DNA from: Polyangiaceae bacterium
Lineage (GTDB): Bacteria > Myxococcota_A > Polyangia > Polyangiales > Polyangiaceae
Reading direction: 5' to 3'
Assembly: GCA_025353725.1 (NCBI GenBank)
Contig: JANXOF010000021.1
Span: 20,945-84,944, forward strand
DNA: 64,000 nucleotides
A program made the position numbers and the translations under genes. The notes under the pieces were generated by a model. The model made no database searches. It saw only the letters and a list, made by a program, of their open reading frames with translations, and was not told the DNA's origin. Numbering within the stretch: position 1 is the first letter of the stretch; every line of letters starts with the position of its first letter. This document shows positions 1 through 9,756 of the stretch, one piece after another.

Positions 1-545
1 CGATTGCGCACGAAAAGGTTGTGAATGTGGCGAACGCCAATCGCGTTGACGGGGTAGTAGTCGCCGGGCATGGACCGGACGCTCACGATTGTCCCCTCGA
101 CAGGCGAATGAACCCGGTGGTAGTCGCGCGGGGACAGGTAGACCACGCAACCGTCGCCGCCTTCGTAGCGTTTAGCTTCTTCGGCGTCGCCGATGAGCTC
201 GGCCACCGCGTAGGGCCGCCCCTTAACCCGAAACGCGCGTCCGTCTACCTTGCCCAGCGAGTCGACACGGCCATCGGCAGGACTCACGGCGGTGGCCAAA
301 TCCGCGGGCATGACGCGAGCCCCCTCGCGGAGTTCGCGCGTGAAAAACTCATCGAAGCTCGCGAACCCCCCCGTTTTTATGCATTCTCCTAAGTCGACGT
401 CGTAAGCCCGGCAGTAAACGTCGACGACGGCCTTACCCAAGGTTTCAGGCCACGCGTAGTCCGCGAGACGGCCCATGACGCGAGTGATTTTCGTTCGTGG
501 CAGCACGCGGAGGACTTGAGCTGCGGCATACGTGATCGCGGTCAT
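1..545 (-). CDS. psd: Phosphatidylserine decarboxylase proenzyme (3' end outside window)
   Basis: Not in the ORF track because it has no stop in the window. Manual minus-strand translation from ATG 545 gives MTAITYAAAQVLRVLPRTKITRVMGRLAD...FDEFFTREL...AVSPADGRV...VKGRPYAVAELIG...VYLSPRDYHRVHSPVEG, with the FFTR, SPADG and YLSPxDYHRVH motifs of Psd. Confidence 0.85.
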   Translation of the reverse strand, partial: MTAITYAAAQVLRVLPRTKITRVMGRLADYAWPETLGKAVVDVYCRAYDVDLGECIKTGGFASFDEFFTRELREGARVMPADLATAVSPADGRVDSLGKVDGRAFRVKGRPYAVAELIGDAEEAKRYEGGDGCVVYLSPRDYHRVHSPVEGTIVSVRSMPGDYYPVNAIGVRHIHNLFVRN

Positions 546-616
546 GGTTTTCGAGATAGGCCTGGTCTGGTTCAGACGGGAGCGAACCAGATTATGCCGG
601 GGTCGCGACGCTCTGG

Positions 617-2164
617 TCAATCGCGTCCGAGGTCGGGCTCCGCTCGCTTTCGTGCGGCATCACACAAAGGCGCACTTTGTGTTGCGCTCAGTTCGCTCTG
701 TTCGGGAAGGCGCTGACACGCCGCCTCGAGGCTGAGAGGGTCTTGCGCAAGCGCCTCTTCAAACGACAATCCCGCGGTCGTCGCGTCCTCGCTAGCCCGC
801 GCGAGCCGACCACGGAGAGCCCAACACGGGCCGTAGCTCGCCGTCCAACTTTTCGGGTCCTCCATCAGCTTCGCCGCCTGCGTCGGGTTCTCGGCCCCCT
901 CGAGGCTCCGCCCGCGCAGGTAGCGGAGACTCGGATCGGCAAGCATGTCGGCCGGGATTTTGTCCAATTCGAGGAGCGCCTCGCGACCGTGCGCGCGACC
1001 GAGGAGAAGCTCGGCCAGGCGCGAGCGCTCGCGAGAATCGCCGAGCCCGTGAGGGACCAAACCAAGCCCAAACATCGGGGAAAGAGGCTCCTTTACGCGC
1101 TTCGCTAACTGCGCGCGCCACTTCCCATCCCACTGCGAGAGCGTCGCGCCGCTTACCGCGTTCAACGCTTCGTCAACGCCTGCCTCGTCGCGCAACGCGA
1201 CAAGGAGCTTCGCGAGCGCACCTTCGCCCGCGGCCTCCGCAAAGTACGCGACGAAACTCGTCACCTCCGCGAACGCCACCATCGCGGCGTCGGCACTCGG
1301 GAGCATCGCGATCGACGGACCGAGCTTGTCGAGGGGGATGTCGAGCTTCAGGTCCATCCCGCGTTGGACCACGCTTTCAGGCGTCGGGTGATCGTCGAAA
1401 ACCCCTGGATTCCGCCAGCGAACCTCTTCACGGCGGGCGACGCCTTCGTGCAGCCACAGGGGCGCGCGGTCCCGCGTTTGAAAGGCAATCGCAAGGTGGG
1501 TGAGCTCGTGAGCGAGCGTGTCGCGGAATGGATAGCCATGCTGGCTCGCGCGCGGCGACAGGAGTGTGACACGACCCCACTTCGCGACCGCCACGGTTCC
1601 CGTCGTCTGTGCGGCGCTGTAGGGAAGACCGGTCATCGCGCTCAGAGAAAGAAGATCGCGTACGACGGTGATGCGCGTGGGACGTTTCCACGCCACGCCG
1701 AGATCGCGCGTGAGTGAGACACGCGCTTTCAGCACGGTCTCGACGAGGATCGGTGTGAGCCCCCGGTCCGCATCGTCCTGGTAGCGAATGACGATGCCGT
1801 TTTCGTCGTCCTTGTCGACCACGGTAGCGGCGATGACGCGCGCGCAGCCGCGAGCGACGTCCGCAAGGAGACGGCCCTCGTCAGAAACGTCCGGTACCGA
1901 AGGAGGCGCAAACAGCGCTGCGGCGACGTCACACTGCTCTTCATAAAGAGCGAGGCGCGCCTTCGCCACTCTCACGGCGGGGTTCAACGGATCGCCTTTC
2001 GAGACCTCCGCGTGTGCGCGGTCGTACTCCATGCCGATCGTCAGCTCACCTGCGCGCGCCGCGTAGCCTCCCGGATCGTCGGCCTCGGCGCGTGACGGAC
2101 CGAAGGCGGCAACAAACGCCGAAGACACCGCAAGCCAACCGGCCAAAGTGCGTTTCCGGATCAT
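617..2164 (-). CDS. Secreted gluzincin metallopeptidase (peptidase MA-like domain) with TPR-like helices
   Basis: Signal peptide (SRAEA), LAHELTH zinc motif followed by PLWLHEGVA third-ligand motif, helical C-terminus; ATGA overlap with upstream gene. Confidence 0.75.
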   Translation of the reverse strand: MIRKRTLAGWLAVSSAFVAAFGPSRAEADDPGGYAARAGELTIGMEYDRAHAEVSKGDPLNPAVRVAKARLALYEEQCDVAAALFAPPSVPDVSDEGRLLADVARGCARVIAATVVDKDDENGIVIRYQDDADRGLTPILVETVLKARVSLTRDLGVAWKRPTRITVVRDLLSLSAMTGLPYSAAQTTGTVAVAKWGRVTLLSPRASQHGYPFRDTLAHELTHLAIAFQTRDRAPLWLHEGVARREEVRWRNPGVFDDHPTPESVVQRGMDLKLDIPLDKLGPSIAMLPSADAAMVAFAEVTSFVAYFAEAAGEGALAKLLVALRDEAGVDEALNAVSGATLSQWDGKWRAQLAKRVKEPLSPMFGLGLVPHGLGDSRERSRLAELLLGRAHGREALLELDKIPADMLADPSLRYLRGRSLEGAENPTQAAKLMEDPKSWTASYGPCWALRGRLARASEDATTAGLSFEEALAQDPLSLEAACQRLPEQSELSATQSAPLCDAARKRAEPDLGRD

Positions 2165-4755
2165 CGCAGCAGGCCCTCGGCGTAGCGCTTCACGGCATCC
2201 CTCAAACGACTCCCGGACGATTGGCCCAAGCCTTTGATCACGCGCTTGCGAAACTCTTCCGGTCCCTTGTGCGCGTCCGCCTTCGGGATCGAAGCGTGAT
2301 CCGGTGAAAAGTTCCGGTCGGACTCTCCCTCCCCCCGCGGCGCGGCCTCGCCCTCACCGAGCGCCTCTTTCGCCGTCTCTAGTTTTTGTTGCGCCTCGCG
2401 TTGGCGCTGCAATCCCTTCTCTACATCGCCTTGTTTGAGGGCCTCCGCGGCCTCTTTCGCGGCTTGCTCAGCCGACGCAAGCGCCTCCAGCGCGGCGGCG
2501 GGCAACGCGTCTTCGTCCCGACCTTTTTTGCCAAGCTCACGCACCCGCTCCGCCAACTTGCTTTCCAGGTCGCCGTCTTCCCGAAGCGCCGCCGACGACT
2601 TGGCTGGCGACCGCTCGCGGACCTTTTCCCCCGCCGGATTCGCGTTCTTGTCGTGCTGACTTTCGGTCGCTTCGAGCGATTGTTCGACCTTTCCGACGTG
2701 GCTTGCGTGCTCCGAGGTAAGTTTGTCGAGCTCCTCCGACGCCTGGTTGAACGCCTGCTCGACCTCGCTTCCCTCGCCTTCTTCCGCATCGGGCGCGCCG
2801 CGACCTCCGCCCGATTCCCCTCCGGCATGAGAAGGGCGACCTCCGCGCGCCCCAAACGACGGATCCGGCTGACGCAAGCGCGCGGCGAGGTCTTGCGCGG
2901 CAAGTACCGCGTGCGGAAAGTCTGAAGCCGCCTGCGCGCGATCGACGCGCCGGAGATCCGTCTCGACGATTTCCCCTAGGTCACGACCGAGAGCTCCGAG
3001 TCTTTGCATGGCGCGCCCGCCGCCTGCGAGCACCCTCACGGCGGCTTGCATGCGCTCATGGCCGCCCGCGATTGACGTAGGTTTCTCGGCAAGCACGGCG
3101 GACGCAGCGAGGTCGTCGGCGACGTCCGCTAACTCTTTGGCCACGCCTCGGGTGTGCTTGACGCCCTGACCCCGGACGACGGCGTCCACCACGAGGACCA
3201 TGCGCTCGGTCGCCTTGACCACCGACGCTCTGGCTTGCGTGCTCGGCATCCGCGCTTGGGTAGCGACCGCGTCGTCCAGCTTTCGCATCCGTCCGCGAAG
3301 CCTCACGGCCAACCGACCCGGCACGCGAACGCCCGCGTACGAAGCCGAAAGCGTAGACTCAAGGAGCGTGTTTGCGTCGCGCCCGAAACGGGTTTCGCGG
3401 TCGAAAAACTCAGGTCGCTCGGCCGCTTTCGTCGGGAGACTGTGCGAAAGACGCCACGCGAGCTGGTCCACGAGCTCACCGCGGACGCCCGCGAGCGCTT
3501 CGAGCATCCGGGCCTCGGGCTCGCCGACATCCGGCGGAGCGATCGTGATCGCCGCGCTCGTGCCCCACTTGGGCCCCGTGATGGGATCGTTGTCTTTTGC
3601 CTCGACGCAAACGTCAATCGGCGCGTGACTTTTTCTTAGGAAAGGATCGTTTGCGTGAAGCATATAGCCGCCGCGATCGGCGCGCGTCTCGCCGTCGAGG
3701 TGTGCGAGAACGCGGCGCTCTTCGCGGAGTCCCGCGCGCAGCACGAGGTGCACTTCGCGCAGCCCATGGTCGTCGGTCGCCTCGTAGCGGAGCGGAATGT
3801 CCGCGGCGCTTTCGCGGTCCGCCAACGCCACTTGCGACGGGGCGCCCTCTAGCTTCACTTCGGGCGCGCGATCCGCGACCGATTCGATGGGCGTATCCTG
3901 CGCCTCGGGGATCACGACGTCAGTAAAGCGCGCGATCACGCGAACCGTCACGCTCCCCGCCAGGGGCCACCGCGCGACGACTTGACCAGTGCCATCCTCG
4001 ACAAACGGAACTTCACTCACGCCGTCCGTGAGAAGCAGCCGCCGCCCCGCGTGCACGGGAACGCCGCGCACGGTGAGAAGCGTGCCCCGAGGCAGCGACG
4101 CCTCTTCGTAAGCCAGAACGCGCCGCTCCTCCTGGTGGAGATACTCAGGCGGACGTGCGCGAATTTGAGGGTCCACGAGCCAGGCCATACCGACAGGCGC
4201 GAGGCCCCTTCGCGCGAGGAGAATATCGGCGCCTTCAAAAACCGCCCAAGGATTCGCCGCGCACGCACCCATATTCGCGATACCGAGGACAAGCGAGGAA
4301 ACCCCCAAATAGAACGCTAGACTCGAAGCCCGCCGAGCCACGCCGTCGCGCGGGAGTGCGTTGAGTGTACGCGTGACGTGCAGATCCGCGAGGGTCGCCG
4401 AAGCGCCGTGCGTCCCGCCCGAGCGGAGGAGCGAGAGCGCGCGAATGGCGCGATCCGCTCGTTCACGGTCGACGCGCCCAACGATGCGCTCGAGGATGCG
4501 CGCGGAGTCACGGAACGCCCGAGCCTCGAGCGCACGGTAAGTCACGACCGCGACGAGCATACTCAAAAGGACGACCACCGCACCGGCACGCGCGGGCGTC
4601 GTGCCCATCCGCGCGAGGAACATCGCGGCGGTCACCACGAGACACCCTGCAGCGACGGTCGTTCGTCGCCGTGGGGCACGCAAGGCGGCAACCCATGCGT
4701 CGCGGAGCGTGCGCAACGACTCCGGCAGAGGCTCGGGCAACGGCGGGGGCGTCAT
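2161..4755 (-). CDS. DUF4175-like membrane-anchored coiled-coil protein
   Basis: N-terminal TM helices, beta-rich middle with ATDDHGLREV and EAKDNDPITGP motifs, Q/E/G-rich coiled-coil tail ending RDAVKRYAEGLL, as in DUF4175-type proteins. Confidence 0.6.
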   Translation of the reverse strand: MTPPPLPEPLPESLRTLRDAWVAALRAPRRRTTVAAGCLVVTAAMFLARMGTTPARAGAVVVLLSMLVAVVTYRALEARAFRDSARILERIVGRVDRERADRAIRALSLLRSGGTHGASATLADLHVTRTLNALPRDGVARRASSLAFYLGVSSLVLGIANMGACAANPWAVFEGADILLARRGLAPVGMAWLVDPQIRARPPEYLHQEERRVLAYEEASLPRGTLLTVRGVPVHAGRRLLLTDGVSEVPFVEDGTGQVVARWPLAGSVTVRVIARFTDVVIPEAQDTPIESVADRAPEVKLEGAPSQVALADRESAADIPLRYEATDDHGLREVHLVLRAGLREERRVLAHLDGETRADRGGYMLHANDPFLRKSHAPIDVCVEAKDNDPITGPKWGTSAAITIAPPDVGEPEARMLEALAGVRGELVDQLAWRLSHSLPTKAAERPEFFDRETRFGRDANTLLESTLSASYAGVRVPGRLAVRLRGRMRKLDDAVATQARMPSTQARASVVKATERMVLVVDAVVRGQGVKHTRGVAKELADVADDLAASAVLAEKPTSIAGGHERMQAAVRVLAGGGRAMQRLGALGRDLGEIVETDLRRVDRAQAASDFPHAVLAAQDLAARLRQPDPSFGARGGRPSHAGGESGGGRGAPDAEEGEGSEVEQAFNQASEELDKLTSEHASHVGKVEQSLEATESQHDKNANPAGEKVRERSPAKSSAALREDGDLESKLAERVRELGKKGRDEDALPAAALEALASAEQAAKEAAEALKQGDVEKGLQRQREAQQKLETAKEALGEGEAAPRGEGESDRNFSPDHASIPKADAHKGPEEFRKRVIKGLGQSSGSRLRDAVKRYAEGLLR

Positions 4756-4778
4756 GCGATCAGCAAGAGGACGCTAGC

Positions 4779-6419
4779 TCATTGATTCTGCGGAGGCGAC
4801 GGCGAGGGCACGAAGAACGTAGGAAACCCGCTAGGAATCGGAAAGGTCGGAAAACCGCTCGGGAGCGGGAACGCGCTGGGAAATCCACTCGGAAACGCGG
4901 ACGGGAACGGAGGAAACGGACGCGTTGGCTCAACGCTACTCGAGGGCTTCGGCGCCGTGCTTCCCGACGGACGCGGTCGCGGCTGCGGCTGCGGCTGCGG
5001 CTGCAACGGAGGTTGATTCACTGGCGGGGCGAGCGTCAGCGGAGGCGCCACCGTGACTCGCGGACTTACCCCGCTCGATACGCTCGACGCGACCGTCACG
5101 GTCGTCGCCAGCGGGGGCGCGAACGGGTCCTCACTTGGCGCGGGCGAAGCTGTGCCGGCCACGTAAGCGGCAACGGCTCCCGCTCCCAGAAGGAGCGCGA
5201 CCACGGCGAGACCCACGACGAGGCCCGAACCGCCTTTTCTAGGTCGGGCCCGCGAAGGTGCGTTCGGAACGGAAGACGAAGGACTCGAAATGTAGCCCGC
5301 CGCGTACCCGACCGGAGCGCCGACTGACCTCAGCGCCGCCGGATCGCGTAGCGGCGCTTGAACGGTATGGCTCGCGAGCCGCGCCTCGACAACGTGAGGG
5401 ACCACGGGGCGGTCGCTCTGTCCAGAGGCCGCAAGGACGGACGCGGCAGGAGCGCCCATCACCGTTCCCGTGCCGAGAGGCGCCACGGCCGAAATCGCAC
5501 TAGGAATAGGTGAAAATGCGGCGCCGACCTGACCGAGCTTCGCCGTGCCCAAACGCGGATCCACGAGCGAGACCTCGAGTGCCATACGCATCGCCGCGGC
5601 CGACGGAAAGCGCATCGCCGCGCGCGGCGCCATCGCGCGGTGTACGAGACCCGCGACCTCAGGCCGTATTCCTGGCGCGACGTGAACGAGAGGTACAACC
5701 TCTCCTCGCTCGACCTTGAGCACAACGACGCGCGGGTCGTCGCCCTGGACGGGCGTTTGACCCGAAAGCATTTCGTAGAGCATCACTCCCACGGAATACA
5801 GATCCGCGCGAACATCGATATCTGCGGCGGAGTAAGCTTGCTCTGGTGCCATGTATTCGGCGGTACCCATGAGCATCCCTGCGACGGTAAGATTCTTCGC
5901 CGAAGGCCCTTGAGCGCCCTCTGCGCGCTTCAACTTCGCAATGCCAAAGTCGATAAGTTTGAGAACCGGCTTGCCGCCATCAAACGTGACAAAGACGTTA
6001 TCGGGCTTCAGGTCGCGATGAATCACGCCGAGCGCATGCGCCGCCTCGAGCGCTTGGAGAATCTGTCGCGCGTACTCGCAGGCCTGAGCCACTGGAAGCG
6101 CGCCTTCACGTTTTTCAACGGCAGAAAGCGCCTCTCCCTGCAAAAGCTCCATCACGAGGTAGGCAACGCCCTCGGGCGTCGCTTCTACGTCCGTCACTTG
6201 AACCACGTGCGGGCTTCGTATTTGAGCGGAAATCGAAGCCTCCTGAAGGAAGCGCTCGACGAGCCCCGAGCGCCTTGCGAGGTCGCTGTGAAGGACCTTG
6301 ATCGCAACACGCGTTCCTAAACGAAGGTGTTCAGCCTCGTAAACAGAGCCCATCCCGCCATCACCTAAAAGGCGCAGCAGCTTGTACTTCGAGCTTAGAA
6401 CTTGGCCGATGGCGACCAC
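4779..6419 (-). CDS. Hanks-type Ser/Thr protein kinase, single TM, Pro-rich extracellular tail
   Basis: LGDGGMGSVY, VAIK, HRDLKPDN, DFG, GTAEYMAPEQ, DLYSVG motifs; TM GLVVGLAVVALLLGAG. Confidence 0.95.
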   Translation of the reverse strand: MVAIGQVLSSKYKLLRLLGDGGMGSVYEAEHLRLGTRVAIKVLHSDLARRSGLVERFLQEASISAQIRSPHVVQVTDVEATPEGVAYLVMELLQGEALSAVEKREGALPVAQACEYARQILQALEAAHALGVIHRDLKPDNVFVTFDGGKPVLKLIDFGIAKLKRAEGAQGPSAKNLTVAGMLMGTAEYMAPEQAYSAADIDVRADLYSVGVMLYEMLSGQTPVQGDDPRVVVLKVERGEVVPLVHVAPGIRPEVAGLVHRAMAPRAAMRFPSAAAMRMALEVSLVDPRLGTAKLGQVGAAFSPIPSAISAVAPLGTGTVMGAPAASVLAASGQSDRPVVPHVVEARLASHTVQAPLRDPAALRSVGAPVGYAAGYISSPSSSVPNAPSRARPRKGGSGLVVGLAVVALLLGAGAVAAYVAGTASPAPSEDPFAPPLATTVTVASSVSSGVSPRVTVAPPLTLAPPVNQPPLQPQPQPQPRPRPSGSTAPKPSSSVEPTRPFPPFPSAFPSGFPSAFPLPSGFPTFPIPSGFPTFFVPSPSPPQNQ

Positions 6420-6851
6420 GAGAAGCGTCTTACCATAAGTCGTGCCCGGCTCGCGCGTTCATGCCGTGTGTGCAGATTCTTAAAGAGGCCGCCTGTCCAC
6501 GTCGAGGAGCGCAGAGGCCGTGTCGGCGTCCTCAATCGCGGCAAACATCGGAACGAGGCGTGCTTCGTCGCCCCCTCCGCCAAACGCGCCACTTGGTGAA
6601 AATGCGCGCGCTTGCGGGCCGTCAAGGACGAGAAAAAACCTTTGGACCCCCCGTCCAGAGAATCTCTTCGCCGTAAAAGGAATCGCGCGCCACGGAGTGC
6701 AGGGTGGCACCTCGTTCCCTGGCACGCCAGCGTGCCGAAACCGCCGTGGAAACGAAAAGGTAGTCCCTAGCGTACGCCCCGAGCGCCGCCGCCTTGCCTC
6801 AAGCCCCGCCTTTCCTGAAAGCGTGGCGAGGCATTAGCGTAATCTCTACAG

Positions 6852-7799
6852 ATGGGCACTTTGAGACGCCAACGGACACGTCGTAGACGAGGCTTTGCAG
6901 TCTGCGCATCGCTCTGCGGATTGCTCGTTCTCGCAAAGCCAGAAGCGCAAGCGCAGCGCACGAAGGCGCCTGGCGGCAACACGAGTGCGAGCTCGGCGCC
7001 CATCGCATCCACAGACGTCGAAACGGCCGAACAACTCTACGGAAAGCTCGACTACGAGCAAGCCAACGCGGTCGCCGAGCGCGTGGCGAAGCGCGGAGGT
7101 TTAACGCACGAGCAATTGGCGCGTACCTACCGAATCCTTGCGGTCACGCACGCCATTCTCGACAAAGAAGAACAAGCGCGCGACGCCTTCCTCCAACTGC
7201 TCATTTGCGACGCGGACTACCAAGCCGATTCCAATCTAGGACCCAAAGTCAATATGCCTCTCATGGAGGCGCGCGGCACTCTGCGGTCCTTACCCTCGAG
7301 ACCGGGCATCGACGTAGCCACCACGTTATCGACCGCGGGTGGCAGTCTCCGTATCGCAACACGCGACCCTACGCATGTCGTGAGGCGCGTCTCCGTAGGC
7401 TTTCGGTGGGCCTCCTCAGGCGATTACGCAGTAAGCCAAATAAGCTCGTCCGAGTCCGTTGCATCCGTCGAGATACCTGCGGCGCCGCGAGGTCGCACAC
7501 GCCTCGACTTTTACGTCCAAGCACTCGACGAACGTGACAGCATCGTGCTCGAGGCCGGAAGCCCCAACGGCCCCAAAAGCGCGTTCGCCGAGGTCGTCGA
7601 CCGCGGGACATCCCGGCGAGCCAAGCTGGGCGACGAGGAAGGCGGTTCGATTTTCTCGAGCCCACTCTTCTGGATTGTCGCGGGCGTGGCCGTCGCAGGG
7701 GCTGGTACGGCGGGCTATTTCGTTTTGCGACCGAACGCCGCACCGACGAGCGCCTCGCTGTCTCCCTTGCTGCTGTGCGGTTCGGAGCGCTGCAATTGA
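6852..7799 (+). CDS. Exported TPR-like protein with C-terminal TM anchor
   Basis: Signal peptide (KPEAQA), helical TPR-like segment (AEQLYGKLDYEQA...ARDAFLQLL), beta-rich domain, C-terminal WIVAGVAVAGAGTAGYFV anchor typical of myxobacterial surface proteins. Confidence 0.6.
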   Translation: MGTLRRQRTRRRRGFAVCASLCGLLVLAKPEAQAQRTKAPGGNTSASSAPIASTDVETAEQLYGKLDYEQANAVAERVAKRGGLTHEQLARTYRILAVTHAILDKEEQARDAFLQLLICDADYQADSNLGPKVNMPLMEARGTLRSLPSRPGIDVATTLSTAGGSLRIATRDPTHVVRRVSVGFRWASSGDYAVSQISSSESVASVEIPAAPRGRTRLDFYVQALDERDSIVLEAGSPNGPKSAFAEVVDRGTSRRAKLGDEEGGSIFSSPLFWIVAGVAVAGAGTAGYFVLRPNAAPTSASLSPLLLCGSERCN

Positions 7800-7813
7800 A
7801 CGCAAAGAATCGG

Positions 7814-8311
7814 CTACCGCGTCGCGCATGCCTTCGGTGAAGTGCAGTAGTCGTGAAGGCTGTTGCAGGTCGTTTCAGGAACGGGAATCCCCACGTCAAC
7901 CAAGCTCAAGTCAATCGGGGTGAGCGCATCACCATCACCGAGCGTCTGGAGGCTGCAGCCGATCATAAAATCGACTCCGCCTCTCTGAGCGAGCGCGAGG
8001 ATGGCTGTATTGCCGTACGTGACGTTCAGCACCGGCTCCTCAAAGAGGAGTGCACACGTGGAAACCGGTTGATTTTCGCTCCGCGGCGTGAGCGGCTCTT
8101 TGCGCTTCCGCGCTTGAATGAGGTTCTGGCAAAAACCGATACTGTCGAGCGGAACATCGAACGCGAAGAGCTGCACGGTGTCTGCACCGACAGCCGCGGC
8201 CGTCGAAGGAAATTTTAGCGTATATGTCCCCTTCGACGGCCCCCGAGGCGCGGCGCAGCATGCGAGCGTGAAAGGAGCGAGCATGGCCCAGACGCATCGT
8301 GGTCGAGTCAC
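7814..8311 (-). CDS. Small Cys-rich putative lipoprotein
   Basis: GTG start overlaps upstream TGA (GTGA); lipobox-like TLAC; paired Cys incl. C-terminal TTCNSLHDYCTSPKAC. Confidence 0.6.
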   Translation of the reverse strand: MTRPRCVWAMLAPFTLACCAAPRGPSKGTYTLKFPSTAAAVGADTVQLFAFDVPLDSIGFCQNLIQARKRKEPLTPRSENQPVSTCALLFEEPVLNVTYGNTAILALAQRGGVDFMIGCSLQTLGDGDALTPIDLSLVDVGIPVPETTCNSLHDYCTSPKACATR

Positions 8312-9732
8312 TTAAACTGCTCCTGCAACTCGTCGAGCGTGAAGCGCCCCACGGTGCGGTAATCGACCTTCTTATCCGGCGTACGATACGCTTCCCAGAC
8401 GACAAACCCACTTTTGACATTGCCATTAGGCTCGAGGTCAACGGAACCCGAGGCCCCCGTGTAGTCGATGTCTTCCCCTAGCTTGACAGCGAGCAGCGCC
8501 TCGCCGAGTTGAGACGGCGTATACGGTCGACCGGGCGGCGCCGAAACCTCGAAAAGCGCCTGACGAATCTGCTTACGGTCGGCCACGCCGCCCGCCCGTT
8601 GGATAGCGAGTGCGAGCAAAATAGCCGCGTCGAAGGTATTCGCCGTGAACGAGGGAGCCTCTTTCACGCCGAGGGGGAAGTACGAGGAATAAAGCGTACG
8701 AAAAGCGCTGTATTCGCGAGTTTCAGGCTGCGTGTCGGGAGCTGTTCCAAAGACGCCCTCGGACGCGTTGGCGGAGGTAGGATCAGACTCGCTCGCGCGG
8801 CCCTTCACGAGAAAGCCTTCGGTGTAAACGCCATCCGTTCCAAGGAGGAAAAACCCGTTAGCGGCAAGTCCGACGTAGCGCGGGTCTTTTTTGAGATCTC
8901 GCACGAACGCCGCCGCCACATCGTCGTACGCAATAAGCGCTAGGCATTGCGGATTGAGGTTCAAAATATCGCCGGCAAGCTTCGCGTAAGACGGGACGAG
9001 GTCGACAGCCACGCTCCTTCGGGTGAGCAAAAGCTGACCTGCGTTGCGCCTCGGAAAGCTCGCCTCGAGAGCATCCGTCATCGATTTTCCGTAGCTATTG
9101 TCGACGTAAACGACCGCCAGACGTGTGCAGGTCGCAGGAGCTCCAGCGTCGATGCTAAGTTTTTTTTCGCCGAGTCCACTCGGGGTGCGCTTGGCAAGGA
9201 GGAGCACGGCGGCCGCCTGAAAATCATCGGCTGGCGTCGTTCGAAAGAGCCATCGATCGTCCGCTGGCTGGATGGCCGTAAGGTCGGTCGACGTTGCAGA
9301 AGGGGTAATCTGCAGAACATTCGCGTTCGCGTAGATAGCCTGCGTTTTGGCGACTTGCTGGCTGCCTAAGGGACCGATGACAGCGATGGCCCCACGCTGG
9401 ACAAAGTCGTTCGCGACGCGCTCGACGATCCCCTTCGTCTCATCGCTTTGGTCGTCTTGAACATCGAACTTGACGGTCCGCCCAAGAATTCCGCCCGCCG
9501 CGTTGATCTGTCCCTCGGCGACGCGGATGGCGTCACGAAGGGGCTTAGCGAAAGGAGCGAGACCGTTCGTCAGACCGAGCGAAACGCCAATAAGCAGTGG
9601 GGGTAACGACGAAGCGGCAGGTGCCTTCTCGACACATCCTACGCCGAATGTTTGCGCCCACGCGTACGCCAAGGCCACCACAGTAAGCGCCGCCGCCTGC
9701 CGCGAGAATCTCAAAAAAAGCGGTAATTTCAT
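8308..9732 (-). CDS. LivK-like (type 1 periplasmic binding fold) substrate-binding lipoprotein
   Basis: LIGVSLGLT, INAAGGILGR, VQDDQSD, VIGPLGS, QITPSATS, FRTTPADD, NTFDAA, YTGASGSVD motifs; lipobox GVGC. Confidence 0.85.
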   Translation of the reverse strand: MKLPLFLRFSRQAAALTVVALAYAWAQTFGVGCVEKAPAASSLPPLLIGVSLGLTNGLAPFAKPLRDAIRVAEGQINAAGGILGRTVKFDVQDDQSDETKGIVERVANDFVQRGAIAVIGPLGSQQVAKTQAIYANANVLQITPSATSTDLTAIQPADDRWLFRTTPADDFQAAAVLLLAKRTPSGLGEKKLSIDAGAPATCTRLAVVYVDNSYGKSMTDALEASFPRRNAGQLLLTRRSVAVDLVPSYAKLAGDILNLNPQCLALIAYDDVAAAFVRDLKKDPRYVGLAANGFFLLGTDGVYTEGFLVKGRASESDPTSANASEGVFGTAPDTQPETREYSAFRTLYSSYFPLGVKEAPSFTANTFDAAILLALAIQRAGGVADRKQIRQALFEVSAPPGRPYTPSQLGEALLAVKLGEDIDYTGASGSVDLEPNGNVKSGFVVWEAYRTPDKKVDYRTVGRFTLDELQEQFK

Positions 9733-9756
9733 GAAGGCATGGTTCGCTCGCGTCCG

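Noticed and set aside
6420-6851. Several short ORFs in the divergent intergenic region
   Set aside because: No SD, motif or codon-bias support.
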